A stretch of 64,000 nucleotides of DNA from Eledone cirrhosa (GCA_964016885.1 OZ024762.1:25730001-25794000), one strand, 5' to 3'; shown: positions 46,985-61,900, counted from the stretch's first letter. Made by a program: numbers and translations. The notes: generated by a model from the letters alone, not told the origin.

Positions 46985-49900
46985 TGGTGGTGGTGGTGTT
47001 AGTGGCTGTGATGTGGTGGTGGTGGTGTTAATGGCTGTGATGTAGTGGTGGTGGTGTTAGTGGCTGTGATGTGGTGGTGGTGGTGTTAGTGGCTGTGATG
47101 TGGTGGTGGTGGTGTTAATGGCTGTGATGTAGTGGTGGTGGTGTTAGTGGCTGTGATGTGCTGGTGGTGGTGTTAGTGGCTGTGATGGGGTGGTGTTAGT
47201 GGCTGTGATGTGGTGGTGGTGGTGTTAGTGGCTGTGATGTGGTGGTGGTGGTGTTAGTGGCTGTGATGGGGTGGTGGTGGTGTTAGTGGCTGTGATGTGG
47301 TGGTGGTGGTGTTAGTGGCTGTGATGTGGTGGTGGTGGTGTTAGTGGCTGTGATGTGGTGGTGGTAGTATTAGTGGGTGTGATGTGGTGGTGGTGGTGTT
47401 AGTGGCTGTGATGTGGTGGTGGTGGTGTTAGTGGCTGTGATGTGGTGGTGGTAGTGGTGTTAGTGGCTGTGATGCGGTGGTGGTGGTGTTAGTGGCTGTG
47501 ATGTGGTGGTGGTGGTGTTAATGGCTGTGATGTAGTGGTGGTGGTGTTAGTGGCTGTGATGTGGTGGTGGTGGTGTTAGTGGCTGTGATGTGGTGGTGGT
47601 GGTGTTAATGGCTGTGATGTAGTGGTGGTGGTGTTAGTGGCTGTGATGTGCTGGTGGTGGTGTTAGTGGCTGTGATGGGGTGGTGTTAGTGGCTGTGATG
47701 TGGTGGTGGTGGTGTTAGTGGCTGTGATGTGGTGGTGTTAGTGGCTGTGATGGGGTGGTGGTGGTGTTAGTGGCTGTGATGTGGTGGTGGTGGTGTTAGT
47801 GGCTGTGATGTGGTGGTGGTGGTGTTAGTGGCTGTGATGTGGTGGTGGTAGTATTAGTGGGTGTGATGTGGTGGTGGTGGTGTTAGTGGCTGTGATGTGG
47901 TGGTGGTGGTGTTAGTAGCTGTGATGTGGTGGTGGTAGTGGTGTTAGTGGCTGTGATGCGGTGGTGGTGGTGTTAGTGGCTGTGATGTGGTGGTGGTGGT
48001 GGTGGTGTTAGTGGCTGTGATGGGGTGGTGGTGGTGTTAGTGGCTGTGATGTGGTGGTGGTGGTGGTGGTGTTAGTGGCTGTGATGGGGTGGTGGTCGTG
48101 TTAGTGGCTGTGATGTGGTGGTGGTGGTGTTAGTGGCTGTGATGTGGTGGTGGTGGTGTTAGTGGCTGTGATGTGGTGGTGGTGGTGTTAGTGGCTGTGA
48201 TGTGGTGGTAGTGGTGTTAGTGGCTGTGATGTGGTGGTGGTGGTGTTAGTGGCTGTGATGTGGTGGTGGTGGTGTTAGTGGCTGTGATGTGGTGGTGGTG
48301 GTGTTAGTGGCTGTGATGTGGTGGTGGTGGTGTTAGTGGCTGTGATGTGGTGGTAGTGTTAGTGGCTGTGATGTGGTGGTGGTGGTGTTAGTGGCTGTGA
48401 TGTGGTGGTGGTGGTGTTAGTGGCTGTGATGGGGTGGTGGTGGTGTTAGTGGCTGTGATGTGGTGGTGGTGGTGTTAGTGGCTGTGATGTGGTGGTGGTG
48501 GTGGTGTTAGTGGCTGTGATGTGGTGGTGGTGGTGGTGTTAGTGGCTGTGATGTGGTGGTGGTGGTGGTGGTGTTAGTGGCTGTGATGTGGTGGTGGTGG
48601 TGTTAGTGGCTGTGATGTGGTGGTGGTAGTGGTGTTAGTGGCTGTGATGTGGTGGTGGTGGTGTTAGTGGCTGTGATGTGGTGGTGGTGGTGTTAGTGGC
48701 TGTGATGGGGTGGTGGTGGTGTTAGTGGCTGTGATGTGGTGGTGGTAGTGTTAGTGGCTGTGATGTGGTGGTGGTGGTGTTAGTGGCTGTGATGTGGTGG
48801 TGGTGGTGTTAGTGGCTGTGATGTGGTGGTGGTAGTGGTGTTAGTGGCTGTGATGTGGTGGTGGTGGTGTTAGTGGCTGTGATGTGGTGGTGGTAGTGGT
48901 GTTAGTGGCTGTGATGTGGTGGTGGTGGTGTTAGTGGCTGTGATGTGGTGGTAGTGGTGTTAGTGGCTGTGATGTGGTGGTGGTAGTGTTAGTGGCTGTG
49001 ATGTGGTGGTGGTGGTGTTAGTGGCTGTGATGTGGTGGTGGTGGTGTTAGTGGCTGTGATGTGGTGGTGGTAGTGTTAGTGGCTGTGATGTGGTGGTGGT
49101 GGTGTTAGTGGCTGTGATGTGGTGGTAGTGGTGTTAGTGGCTGTGATGTGGTTGTGGTGGTGTTAGTGGCTGTGATGTGGTGGTGTTAGTGGCTGTGATG
49201 TGGTGGTGGTGGTGTTAGTGGCTGTGATGTAGAGGTGGTAGTGTTAGTGGCTGTGATGTGGTGGTAGTGTTAGTGGCTGTGATGTGGTGGTGGTGGTGGT
49301 GTTAGTGGCTGTGATGTGGTGGTGGTAGTGGTGTTAGTGGCTGTGATGTGGTGGTGGTGGTGGTGTTAGTGGCTGTGATGTGGTGGTGGTGGTGTTAGTG
49401 GCTGTGATGTGGTGGTGGTGGTGGTGTTAGTGGCTGTGATGTGGTGGTGGTGGTAGTGTTAGTGGCTGTGATGTGGTGGTGGTAGTGTTAGTGGCTGTGA
49501 TGTGGTGGTGGTGGTGTTAGTAGCTGTGATGTGGTGGTGGTGGTGTTGTTAGTGGCTGTGATGTGGTGGTGGTGGTGTTAGTGGCTGTGATGTGGTGGTG
49601 GTGGTGTTAGTGGCTGTGATGTGGTGGTGGTGGTGTTAGTGGCTGTGATGTGGTGGTGTTAGTGGCTGTGATGTTGTGGTGGTAGTGTTAGTGGCTGTGA
49701 TGTGGTGGTGGTGGTGTTAGTGGTTGTGATGGGGTGGTGGTGGTGTTAGTGGCTGTGATGTGGTGGTGGTGGTGTTAGTGGCTGTGATGTGGTGGTGGTG
49801 GTGTTAGTGGCTGTGATGTGGTGGTGGTGGTGTTAGTGGCTGTGAAGTGGTGGTGGTGGTGTTAGTGGCTGTGATGTGGTGGTGGTGGTGTTAGTGGCTG

Positions 49901-52900
49901 TGATGTGGTGGTGTTGGTGTTAGTGGCTGTGATGTGGTGGTGGTGGTGTTAGTGGCTGTGATGTGGTGGTGGTGGTGTTAGTGGCTGTGATGGGGTGGTG
50001 GTGGTGGTGTTAGTGGCTGTGTTGTGGTGGTAGTGGTGTTAGTGGCTGTGATGTGGTGGTGGTGGTGTTAGTGGATGTGATGTGGTGGTGGTGGTGGTGT
50101 TAGTGGCTGTGATGTGGTGGTGGTGGTGTTAGTGGCTGTGATGTGGTGGTGGTGGTGTTAGTGGCTGTGATGTGGTGGTGGTGGTGTTAGTGGCTGTGAT
50201 GTGGTGGTGGTGGTGGTGTTAGTGGCTGTGATGTGGTGGTGGTGGTGTTAGTGGCTGTGATGTGGTGGTGGTGGTGTTAGTGGCTGTGATGTGGTGGTGG
50301 TGGTGTTAGTGGCTGTGATGTGGTGGTGGTGGTGTTAGTGGCTGTGATGTGGTGGTGGTGGTGTTAGTGGCTGTGATGTGGTGGTGGTGGTGTTAGTGGC
50401 TGTGATGTGGTGGTGGTAGTGTTAGTGGCTGTGATGGGGTGGTGGTAGTGTTAGTGGCTGTGATGGGGTGGTGGTGGTGTTAGTGGCTGTGATGGGGTGG
50501 TGGTGGTGTTAGTGGCTGTGATGTGGTGGTGGTGGTGTTAGTGGCTGTGATGTGGTGGTGGTGTTAGTGGCTGTGATGTGGTGGTAGTGGTGTTAGTGGC
50601 TGTGATGTGGTGGTGGTGGTGTTAGTGGCTGTGATGTGGTGGTGGTGGTGTTAGTGGCTGTGATGTGGTGGTGGTGGTGTTAGTGGCTGTGATGTGGTGG
50701 TGGTGGTGTTAGTGGCTGTGATGGGGTGGTGGTGGTGTTAGTGGCTGTGATGGGGTGGTGGTGGTGTTAGTGGCTGTGATGTGGTGGTGGTGGTGTTAGT
50801 GGCTGTGATGTGGTGGTGGTGTTAGTGGCTGTGATGTGGTGGTGGTGGTGTTAGTGGCTATGATGTGGTGGTGGTGGTGTTAGTGGCTGTGATGTGGTGG
50901 TGGTGTTAGTGGCTGTGATGGGGTGGTGGTGGTGTTAGTGGCTGTGATGTGGTGGTGGTGTTAGTGGCTGTGATGTGGTGGTGGTGGTGTTAGTGGCTGT
51001 GATGTGGTGGTGGTGGTGGTGTTAGTGGCTGTGATGGGGTGGTGGTGGTGTTAGTGGCTGTGATGTGGTGGTGGTAGTGGTGTTAGTGGCTGTGATGTGG
51101 TGGTGGTGGTGTTAGTGGCTGTGATGTGGTGGTGGTGGTGTTAGTGGCTGTGATGTGGTGGTGGTGGTGTTAGTGGCTGTGATGTGGTGGTGGTGGTGTT
51201 AGTGGCTGTGATGTGGTAGTGTTAGTGGCTGTGATGTGGTGGTGGTGGTGTTAGTGGCTGTGATGTGGTGGTGGTGGTGGTGTTAGTGGCTGTGATGTGG
51301 TGGTGGTAGTGGTAGTGGCTGTGATGTGGTGGTGTTAGTGGCTGTGATGTGGTGGTGGTGGTGGTGTTAGTGGCTGTGATGTGGTGGTGGTGTTAGTGGC
51401 TGTGATGTGGTGGTGGTGGTGGTAGTGGCTGTGATGTGGTGGTGGTGGTGGTGGTAGAGGCTGTGATGTGGTGGTGGTGGTGTTAGTGGCTGTGATGTGG
51501 TGGTGGCGTTAGTGGCTGTGATGTGGTGGTGGTGGTGTTAGTGGCTGTGATGTGGTGGTGGTGGTGTTAGTGGCTGTGATGTGGTGGTGGTGGTGGTGTT
51601 AGTGGCTGTGATGTGGTAGTGGTAGTTGCTGTGATGTGGTGGTGGTGGTGTTAGTGACTGTGATGTGGTGGTGGTGGTGTTAGTTGCTGTGATGTGGTGG
51701 TGGTGGTGTTAGTTGCTGTGATGTGGTGGTGGTGGTGTTAGTGGCTGTGATGGTGTTAGTGGCTGTGATGTGGTGGTGGTGGTGTTAGTGGCTGTGATGT
51801 GGTGGTGGTGGTGTTAGTGGCTGTGATGTGGTGGTGGTAGTGTTAGTGGCTGTGATGTGGTGGTGTTAGTGGCTGTGTTGTGGTGGTGGTGGTGGTGTTA
51901 GTGGCTGTGATGTGGTGGTGGTGGTGTTAGTGGTTGTGATGTGGTGGTGGTGGTGTTAGTGGCTGTGATGTGGTGGTGGTGGTGTTAGTGGCTGTGATGT
52001 GGTGGTGGTGGTGTTAGTGGCTGTGATGTGGTGGTGGTGGTAGTGTTAGTGGCTGTGATGTGGTGGTGGTGGTGTTAGTGGCTGTGATGTGGTGGTGGTG
52101 GTGTTAGTGGCTGTGATGTGGTGGTGGTAGTGTTAGTAGCTGTGATGTGGTGGTGGTGTTAGTGGCTGTGATGTGGTGGAGGTGGTGTTAGTGGCTGTGA
52201 TGTGGTGGTGGTGGTGTTAGTTGCTGTGATGTGGTGGTGGTAGTGTTAGTAGCTGTGATGTGGTGGTGGTGTTAGTGGCTGTGATGTGGTGGTGGTGGTG
52301 TTAGTGGCTGTGATGTGGTGGTGGTAGTGTTAGTGGCTGTGATGTGGTGGTGGTGGTGTTAGTGGCTGTGATGTGGTGGTGGTGGTGTTAGTGGCTGTGA
52401 TGTGGTGGTGGTGGTGGTGTTAGTGGCTGTGATGTGGTGGTGGTGGTGTTAGTGGCTGTGATGTGGTGGTGGTGGTGGTGTTAGTGGCTGTGATGTGGTG
52501 GTGGTGGTGTTAGTGGCTGTGATGTGGTGGTGGTGGTGTTAGTGGCTGTGATGTGGTGGTGGTGGTAGTGTTAGTGGCTGTGATGTGGTGGTGGTGGTGG
52601 TGTTAGTGGCTGTGATGTGGTGGTGGTGGTGTTAGTGGCTGTGATGTGCTGGTGGTAGTGTTAGTGGCTGTGATGTGGTGGTGGTGGTGGTGGTGTTAGT
52701 GGCTGTGATGTGGTGGTGGTGGTGGTGTTAGTGGCTGTGATGTTGTGGTGGTAGTGTTAGTGGCTGTGATGTGGTGGTGGTGGTGGTGTTAGTGGCTGTG
52801 ATGTGGTGGTGGTGGTGTTAATGGCTGTGATGTGCTGGTGGTAGTGTTAGTGGCTGTGATGTGGTGGTGGTGGTGTTAGTGGCTGTGATGTGGTGGTGGT

Positions 52901-55900
52901 GGTGGTGTTAGTGGCTGTGATGTGGTGGTGGTAGTGTTAGTGGCTGTGATGTGGTGGTGGTGTTAGTGGCTGTGATGTAGTGGTGTTGGTGTTAGTGGCT
53001 GTGATGTGGTGATGGTAGTGGCTGTGATGTGGTGGTGGTGGTGGTGTTCATGGCTGTGATGTGGTGGTGGTGGTGTTAGTGGCTGTGATGTGGTGATGGT
53101 AGTGTTAGTGGCTGTGATGTGGTGGTGGTAGTGTTAGTGGCTGTGATGTGGTGGTGGTGGTGGTGGTGTTAGTGGCTGTGATGTGGTGGTGGTGGTGTTA
53201 GTGGCTGTGATGGGGTGGTGGTGGTGTTAGTGGCTGTGATGTGGTGGTGTTAGTGGCTGTGTTGTGGTGGTGGTAGTGTTAGTGGCTGTGATGTGGTGGT
53301 GGTGGTGTTAGTGGCTGTGATGTGATGGTGGTGGTGGTAGTGGCTGTGATGTGTTGGTGGTGTTAGTGGCTGTGATGTGGTGGTGGTGGTGGTGTTAGTG
53401 GCTGTGATGTGGTGGTGGTAGTGTTAGTGACTGTGATGTGGTGGTGGTGTTAGTGGCTGTGATGTGGTGGTGGTGGTGGTGTTAGTGGCTGTGATGTGGT
53501 GGTGGTAGTGTTAGTGGCTGTGTTGTGGTGGTGGTAGTGTTAGTGGCTGTGATGTGGTGGTGGTAGTGTTAGTGGCTGTGATGTGGTGGTGGTAGTGTTA
53601 GTGGCTGTGATGTGGTGGTGGTAGTGTTAGTGACTGTGATGTGGTGGTGGTAGTGTTAGTGGCTGTGATGTGGTGGTAGTGTTAGTGGCTGTGATGTGGT
53701 GGTGGTAGTGTTAGTGGCTGTGTTGTGGTGGTGGTAGTGTTAGTGGCTGTGATGTGGTGGTGGTAGTGTTAGTGGCTGTGATGTGGTGGTGGTAGTGTTA
53801 GTGGCTGTGTTGTGGTGGTGGTGGTGTTAGTGACTGTGATGTGGTGGTGGTAGTGTTAGTGGCTGTGATGTGGTGGTAGTGTTAGTGGCTGTGATGTGGT
53901 GGTGGTAGTGTTAGTGGCTGTGATGTGGTGGTGGTGGTGTTAGTGGCTGTGATGTGGTGGTGGTGGTGTTAGTGGCTGTGATGTGGTGGTGGTGTTAGTG
54001 GTTGTGATGTGGTGGTGGTGGTGGTGGTGTTAGTGGCTGTGATGTGGTGGTGGTGGTGGTGTTAGTGGCTGTGATGTGGTGGTGGTGGTGGTGGTGTTAG
54101 TGGCTGTGATGTGGTGGTGTTAGTGGCTGTGTTGTGGTGGTGGTGGTGTTAGTGGCTGTGATGTGGTGGTGGTAGTGTTAGTGGCTGTGATGTGGTGGTG
54201 GTGGTGTTAGTGACTGTGATGTGGTGGTGGTAGTGTTAGTGGCTGTGATGTGGTGGTGGTGGTGTTAGTGGCTGTGATGTGGTGGTGGTGGTGTTAGTGG
54301 CTGTGATGTGGTGGTGGTGGTGTTAGTGGCTGTGATGTGGTGGTGGTGTTAATGGCTGTGATGTGGTGGTGGTGGTGTTAGTGACTGTGATGTGGTGGTG
54401 GTAGTGTTAGTGACTGTGATGTGGTGGTGGTAGTGTTAGTGGCTGTGATGTGGTGGTGGTAGTGTTAGTGGCTGTGATGTGGTGGTGGTAGTGGTGTTAG
54501 TGGCTGTGATGTGGTGGTGGTAGTGTTAGTGACTGTGATGTGGTGGTGGTAGTGTTAGTGGCTGTGATGTGGTGGTGGTGGTGTTAGTGGCTGTGATGTG
54601 GTGGTGGTAGTGTTAGTGGCTGTGATGTGGTGGTGGTAGTGGTGTTAGTGGCTGTGATGTGGTGGTGGTAGTGTTAGTGGCTGTGATGTGGTGGTGGTAG
54701 TGGTGTTAGTGGCTGTGATGTGGTGGTGGTAGTGTTAGTGACTGTGATGTGGTGGTGGTAGTGTTAGTGGCTGTGATGTGGTGGTGGTGGTGTTAGTGGC
54801 TGTGATGTGGTGGTGGTAGTGTTAGTGGCTGTGATGTGGTGGTGGTGGTGTTAGTGACTGTGATGGGGTGGTGGTAGTGTTAGTGGCTGTGATGTGGTGG
54901 TGGTAGTGTTAGTGGCTGTGATGTGGTGGTGGTGGTGTTAGTGGCTGTGATGTGGTGGTGGTGGTGTTAGTGGCTGTGATGTGGTGGTGGTGTTAGTGGC
55001 TGTGATGTGGTGGTGGTGGTGTTAGTGACTGTGATGTGGTGGTGGTAGTGTTAGTGACTGTGATGTGGTGGTGGTAGTGTTAGTGGCTGTGATGTGGTGG
55101 TGGTAGTGTTAGTGGCTGTGATGTGGTGGTGGTAGTGGTGTTAGTGGCTGTGATGTGGTGGTGGTAGTGTTAGTGACTGTGATGTGGTGGTGGTAGTGTT
55201 AGTGGCTGTGATGTGGTGGTGGTGGTGTTAGTGGCTGTGATGTGGTGGTGGTAGTGTTAGTGGCTGTGATGTGGTGGTGGTGGTGTTAGTGACTGTGATG
55301 GGGTGGTGGTAGTGTTAGTGGCTGTGATGGGGTGGTGGTAGTGTTAGTGGCTGTGATGTGGTGGTGGTAGTGTTAGTGGCTGTGATGTGGTGGTGGTGGT
55401 GTTAGTGACTGTGATGGGGTGGTGGTAGTGTTAGTGGCTGTGATGTGGTGGTGGTGGTGTTAGTGACTGTGATGTGGTGGTGGTAGTGTTAGTGACTGTG
55501 ATGTGGTGGTGGTGTTAGTGGCTGTGATGTGGTGGTGGTGTTAGTGACTGTGATGTGGTGGTGGTGGTGTTAGTGACTGTGATGGGGTGGTGGTAGTGTT
55601 AGTGGCTGTGATGTTGTGGTGGTGGTGTTAGTGGCTGTGATGTGGTGGTGGTGTTAGTGACTGTGATGGGGTGGTGGTAGTGTTAGTGGCTGTGATGTGG
55701 TGGTGGTGGTGTTAGTGGCTGTGATGTGGTGGTGGTGGTGTTAGTGACTGTGATGTGGTGGTGGTAGTGTTAGTGGCTGTGATGTGGTGGTGGTAGTGTT
55801 AGTGGCTGTGATGTGGTGGTGGTGGTGTTAGTGACTGTGATGGGGTGGTGGTAGTGTTAGTGGCTGTGATGTGGTGGTGGTAGTGTTAGTGGCTGTGATG

Positions 55901-58900
55901 TGGTGGTGGTGGTGTTAGTGACTGTGATGTGGTGGTGGTAGTGTTAGTGACTGTGATGGGGTGGTGGTAGTGTTAGTGGCTGTGATGTGGTGGTGGTAGT
56001 ATTAGTGGCTGTGATGTGGTGGTGGTGGTGTTAGTGACTGTGATGGGGTGGTGGTAGTGTTAGTGGCTGTGATGTGGTGGTGGTGGTGTTAGTGACTGAT
56101 GTGGTGGTGGTAGTGTTAGTGACTGTGATGTGGTGGTGGTAGTGTTAGTGGCTGTGATGTGGTGGTGGTGGTGTTAGTGGCTGTGATGTGGTGGTGGTGG
56201 TGTTAGTGGCTGTGATGTGGTGGTGGTGGTGTTAGTGGCTGTGATGTGGTGGTGGTAGTGTTAGTGGCTGTGATGTGGTGGTGGTGGTGTTAGTGGCTGT
56301 GATGTGGTGGTAGTGTTAGTGGCTGTGATGTGGTGGTGGTGGTGGTGTTAGTGGCTGTGATGTGGTGGTGGTGGTGTTAGTGGCTGTGATGTGGTGGTGG
56401 TGGTGTTAGTGGCTGTGATGTGGTGGTGGTGGTGTTAGTGGCTGTGATGGGGTGGTGGTGGTGGTGTTAGTGGCTGTGTTGTGGTGGTAGTGGTGTTAGT
56501 GGCTGTGATGTGGTGGTGGTGGTGTTAGTGGCTGTGATGTGGTGGTGGTGGTGGTGTTAGTGGCTGTGATGTGGTGGTGGTGGTGTTAGTGGCTGTGATG
56601 TGGTGGTGGTGGTGTTAGTGGCTGTGATGTGGTGGTGGTGGTGTTAGTGGCTGTGATGTGGTGGTGGTGGTGGTGTTAGTGGCTGTGATGTGGTGGTGGT
56701 GGTGTTAGTGGCTGTGATGTGGTGGTGGTGGTGTTAGTGGCTGTGATGTGGTGGTGGTGGTGTTAGTGGCTGTGATGTGGTGGTGGTGGTGTTAGTGGCT
56801 GTGATGTGGTGGTGGTGGTGTTAGTGGCTGTGATGTGGTGGTGGTAGTGTTAGTGGCTGTGATGGGGTGGTGGTAGTGTTAGTGGCTGTGATGGGGTGGT
56901 GGTGGTGTTAGTGGCTGTGATGGGGTGGTGGTGGTGTTAGTGGCTGTGATGTGGTGGTGGTGGTGTTAGTGGCTGTGATGTGGTGGTGGTGTTAGTGGCT
57001 GTGATGTGGTGGTAGTGGTGTTAGTGGCTGTGATGTGGTGGTGGTGGTGTTAGTGGCTGTGATGTGGTGGTGGTGGTGTTAGTGGCTGTGATGTGGTGGT
57101 GGTGGTGTTAGTGGCTGTGATGTGGTGGTGGTGGTGTTAGTGGCTGTGATGGGGTGGTGGTGGTGTTAGTGGCTGTGATGGGGTGGTGGTGGTGTTAGTG
57201 GCTGTGATGTGGTGGTGGTGGTGTTAGTGGCTGTGATGTGGTGGTGGTGTTAGTGGCTGTGATGTGGTGGTGGTGGTGTTAGTGGCTATGATGTGGTGGT
57301 GGTGGTGTTAGTGGCTGTGATGTGGTGGTGGTGTTAGTGGCTGTGATGGGGTGGTGGTGGTGTTAGTGGCTGTGATGTGGTGGTGGTGTTAGTGGCTGTG
57401 ATGTGGTGGTGGTAGTGTTAGTGGCTGTGATGTGGTGGTGGTGGTGTTAGTGACTGTGATGGGGTGGTGGTAGTGTTAGTGGCTGTGATGTGGTGGTGGT
57501 AGTGTTAGTGGCTGTGATGTGGTGGTGGTGGTGTTAGTGGCTGTGATGTGGTGGTGGTGGTGTTAGTGGCTGTGATGTGGTGGTGGTGGTGTTAGTGGCT
57601 GTGATGTGGTGGTGGTAGTGTTAGTGGCTGTGATGTGGTGGTGGTGGTGTTAGTGGCTGTGATGTGGTGGTGGTAGTGGTGTTAGTGGCTGTGTTGGGGT
57701 TGTGGTGGTGGTGTTAGTGGCTGTGATGTGGTGGTGGTGGTGTTAGTGGCTGTGATGTGGTGGTGGTGGTGTTAGTGGCTGTGATGTGGTGGTGGTGGTG
57801 TTAGTGGCTGTGATGTGGTGGTGGTGGTGTTAGTGGCTGTGATGTGGTAGTGTTAGTGGCTGTGATGTGGTGGTGGTGGTGTTAGTGGCTGTGATGTGGT
57901 GGTGGTGGTGGTGTTAGTGGCTGTGATGTGGTGGTGGTAGTGGTAGTGGCTGTGATGTGGTGGTGTTAGTGGCTGTGATGTGGTGGTGGTGGTGGTGTTA
58001 GTGGCTGTGATGTGGTGGTGGTGTTAGTGGCTGTGATGTGGTGGTGGTGGTGGTAGTGGCTGTGATGTGGTGGTGGTGGTGGTGGTAGAGGCTGTGATGT
58101 GGTGGTGGTGGTGTTAGTGGCTGTGATGTGGTGGTGGCGTTAGTGGCTGTGATGTGGTGGTGGTGGTGTTAGTGGCTGTGATGTGGTGGTGGTGGTGTTA
58201 GTGGCTGTGATGTGGTGGTGGTGGTGGTGTTAGTGGCTGTGATGTGGTAGTGGTAGTTGCTGTGATGTGGTGGTGGTGGTGTTAGTGACTGTGATGTGGT
58301 GGTGGTGGTGTTAGTTGCTGTGATGTGGTGGTGGTGGTGTTAGTTGCTGTGATGTGGTGGTGGTGGTGTTAGTGGCTGTGATGGTGTTAGTGGCTGTGAT
58401 GTGGTGGTGGTGGTGTTAGTGGCTGTGATGTGGTGGTGGTGGTGTTAGTGGCTGTGATGTGGTGGTGGTAGTGTTAGTGGCTGTGATGTGGTGGTGTTAG
58501 TGGCTGTGTTGTGGTGGTGGTGGTGGTGTTAGTGGCTGTGATGTGGTGGTGGTGGTGTTAGTGGTTGTGATGTGGTGGTGGTGGTGTTAGTGGCTGTGAT
58601 GTGGTGGTGGTGGTGTTAGTGGCTGTGATGTGGTGGTGGTGGTGTTAGTGGCTGTGATGTGGTGGTGGTGGTAGTGTTAGTGGCTGTGATGTGGTGGTGG
58701 TGGTGTTAGTGGCTGTGATGTGGTGGTGGTGGTGTTAGTGGCTGTGATGTGGTGGTGGTAGTGTTAGTAGCTGTGATGTGGTGGTGGTGTTAGTGGCTGT
58801 GATGTGGTGGAGGTGGTGTTAGTGGCTGTGATGTGGTGGTGGTGGTGTTAGTTGCTGTGATGTGGTGGTGGTAGTGTTAGTAGCTGTGATGTGGTGGTGG

Positions 58901-61900
58901 TGTTAGTGGCTGTGATGTGGTGGTGGTGGTGTTAGTGGCTGTGATGTGGTGGTGGTAGTGTTAGTGGCTGTGATGTGGTGGTGGTGGTGTTAGTGGCTGT
59001 GATGTGGTGGTGGTGGTGTTAGTGGCTGTGATGTGGTGGTGGTGGTGTTAGTGGCTGTGATGTGGTGGTGGTGGTGTTAGTGGCTGTGATGTGGTGGTGG
59101 TGGTGGTGTTAGTGGCTGTGATGTGGTGGTAGTGTTAGTGGCTGTGATGTGGTGGTGGTGGTGGTGTTAGTGGCTGTGATGTGGTGGTGGTGGTGTTAGT
59201 GGCTGTGATGTGCTGGTGGTAGTGTTAGTGGCTGTGATGTGGTGGTGGTGGTGGTGGTGTTAGTGGCTGTGATGTGGTGGTGGTGGTGGTGTTAGTGGCT
59301 GTGATGTTGTGGTGGTAGTGTTAGTGGCTGTGATGTGGTGGTGGTGGTGGTGTTAGTGGCTGTGATGTGGTGGTGGTGGTGTTAATGGCTGTGATGTGCT
59401 GGTGGTAGTGTTAGTGGCTGTGATGTGGTGGTGGTGGTGTTAGTGGCTGTGATGTGGTGGTGGTGGTGGTGTTAGTGGCTGTGATGTGGTGGTGGTAGTG
59501 TTAGTGGCTGTGATGTGGTGGTGGTGTTAGTGGCTGTGATGTAGTGGTGTTGGTGTTAGTGGCTGTGATGTGGTGATGGTAGTGGCTGTGATGTGGTGGT
59601 GGTGGTGGTGTTCATGGCTGTGATGTGGTGGTGGTGGTGTTAGTGGCTGTGATGTGGTGATGGTAGTGTTAGTGGCTGTGATGTGGTGGTGGTAGTGTTA
59701 GTGGCTGTGATGTGGTGGTGGTGGTGGTGGTGTTAGTGGCTGTGATGTGGTGGTGGTGGTGTTAGTGGCTGTGATGGGGTGGTGGTGGTGTTAGTGGCTG
59801 TGATGTGGTGGTGTTAGTGGCTGTGTTGTGGTGGTGGTAGTGTTAGTGGCTGTGATGTGGTGGTGGTGGTGTTAGTGGCTGTGATGTGATGGTGGTGGTG
59901 GTAGTGGCTGTGATGTGTTGGTGGTGTTAGTGGCTGTGATGTGGTGGTGGTGGTGGTGTTAGTGGCTGTGATGTGGTGGTGGTAGTGTTAGTGACTGTGA
60001 TGTGGTGGTGGTGTTAGTGGCTGTGATGTGGTGGTGGTGGTGGTGTTAGTGGCTGTGATGTGGTGGTGGTAGTGTTAGTGGCTGTGTTGTGGTGGTGGTA
60101 GTGTTAGTGGCTGTGATGTGGTGGTGGTAGTGTTAGTGGCTGTGATGTGGTGGTGGTAGTGTTAGTGGCTGTGATGTGGTGGTGGTAGTGTTAGTGACTG
60201 TGATGTGGTGGTGGTAGTGTTAGTGGCTGTGATGTGGTGGTAGTGTTAGTGGCTGTGATGTGGTGGTGGTAGTGTTAGTGGCTGTGTTGTGGTGGTGGTA
60301 GTGTTAGTGGCTGTGATGTGGTGGTGGTAGTGTTAGTGGCTGTGATGTGGTGGTGGTAGTGTTAGTGGCTGTGTTGTGGTGGTGGTGGTGTTAGTGACTG
60401 TGATGTGGTGGTGGTAGTGTTAGTGGCTGTGATGTGGTGGTAGTGTTAGTGGCTGTGATGTGGTGGTGGTAGTGTTAGTGGCTGTGATGTGGTGGTGGTG
60501 GTGTTAGTGGCTGTGATGTGGTGGTGGTGGTGTTAGTGGCTGTGATGTGGTGGTGGTGTTAGTGGTTGTGATGTGGTGGTGGTGGTGTTAGTGGCTGTGA
60601 TGTGGTGGTGGTGTTAGTGGCTGTGATGTGGTGGTGGTGGTGGTGTTAGTGGCTGTGATGTGGTGGTGGTGGTGGTGGTGTTAGTGGCTGTGATGTGGTG
60701 GTGTTAGTGGCTGTGTTGTGGTGGTGGTGGTGTTAGTGGCTGTGATGTGGTGGTGGTAGTGTTAGTGGCTGTGATGTGGTGGTGGTGGTGTTAGTGACTG
60801 TGATGTGGTGGTGGTAGTGTTAGTGGCTGTGATGTGGTGGTGGTGGTGTTAGTGGCTGTGATGTGGTGGTGGTGGTGTTAGTGGCTGTGATGTGGTGGTG
60901 GTGGTGTTAGTGGCTGTGATGTGGTGGTGGTGTTAGTGGCTGTGATGTGGTGGTGGTGGTGTTAGTGACTGTGATGTGGTGGTGGTAGTGTTAGTGACTG
61001 TGATGTGGTGGTGGTAGTGTTAGTGGCTGTGATGTGGTGGTGGTAGTGTTAGTGGCTGTGATGTGGTGGTGGTAGTGGTGTTAGTGGCTGTGATGTGGTG
61101 GTGGTAGTGTTAGTGACTGTGATGTGGTGGTGGTAGTGTTAGTGGCTGTGATGTGGTGGTGGTGGTGTTAGTGGCTGTGATGTGGTGGTGGTAGTGTTAG
61201 TGGCTGTGATGTGGTGGTGGTAGTGGTGTTAGTGGCTGTGATGTGGTGGTGGTAGTGTTAGTGGCTGTGATGTGGTGGTGGTAGTGGTGTTAGTGGCTGT
61301 GATGTGGTGGTGGTAGTGTTAGTGACTGTGATGTGGTGGTGGTAGTGTTAGTGGCTGTGATGTGGTGGTGGTGGTGTTAGTGGCTGTGATGTGGTGGTGG
61401 TAGTGTTAGTGGCTGTGATGTGGTGGTGGTGGTGTTAGTGACTGTGATGGGGTGGTGGTAGTGTTAGTGGCTGTGATGTGGTGGTGGTAGTGTTAGTGGC
61501 TGTGATGTGGTGGTGGTGGTGTTAGTGGCTGTGATGTGGTGGTGGTGGTGTTAGTGGCTGTGATGTGGTGGTGGTGTTAGTGGCTGTGATGTGGTGGTGG
61601 TGGTGTTAGTGACTGTGATGTGGTGGTGGTAGTGTTAGTGACTGTGATGTGGTGGTGGTAGTGTTAGTGGCTGTGATGTGGTGGTGGTAGTGTTAGTGGC
61701 TGTGATGTGGTGGTGGTAGTGGTGTTAGTGGCTGTGATGTGGTGGTGGTAGTGTTAGTGACTGTGATGTGGTGGTGGTAGTGTTAGTGGCTGTGATGTGG
61801 TGGTGGTGGTGTTAGTGGCTGTGATGTGGTGGTGGTAGTGTTAGTGGCTGTGATGTGGTGGTGGTGGTGTTAGTGACTGTGATGGGGTGGTGGTAGTGTT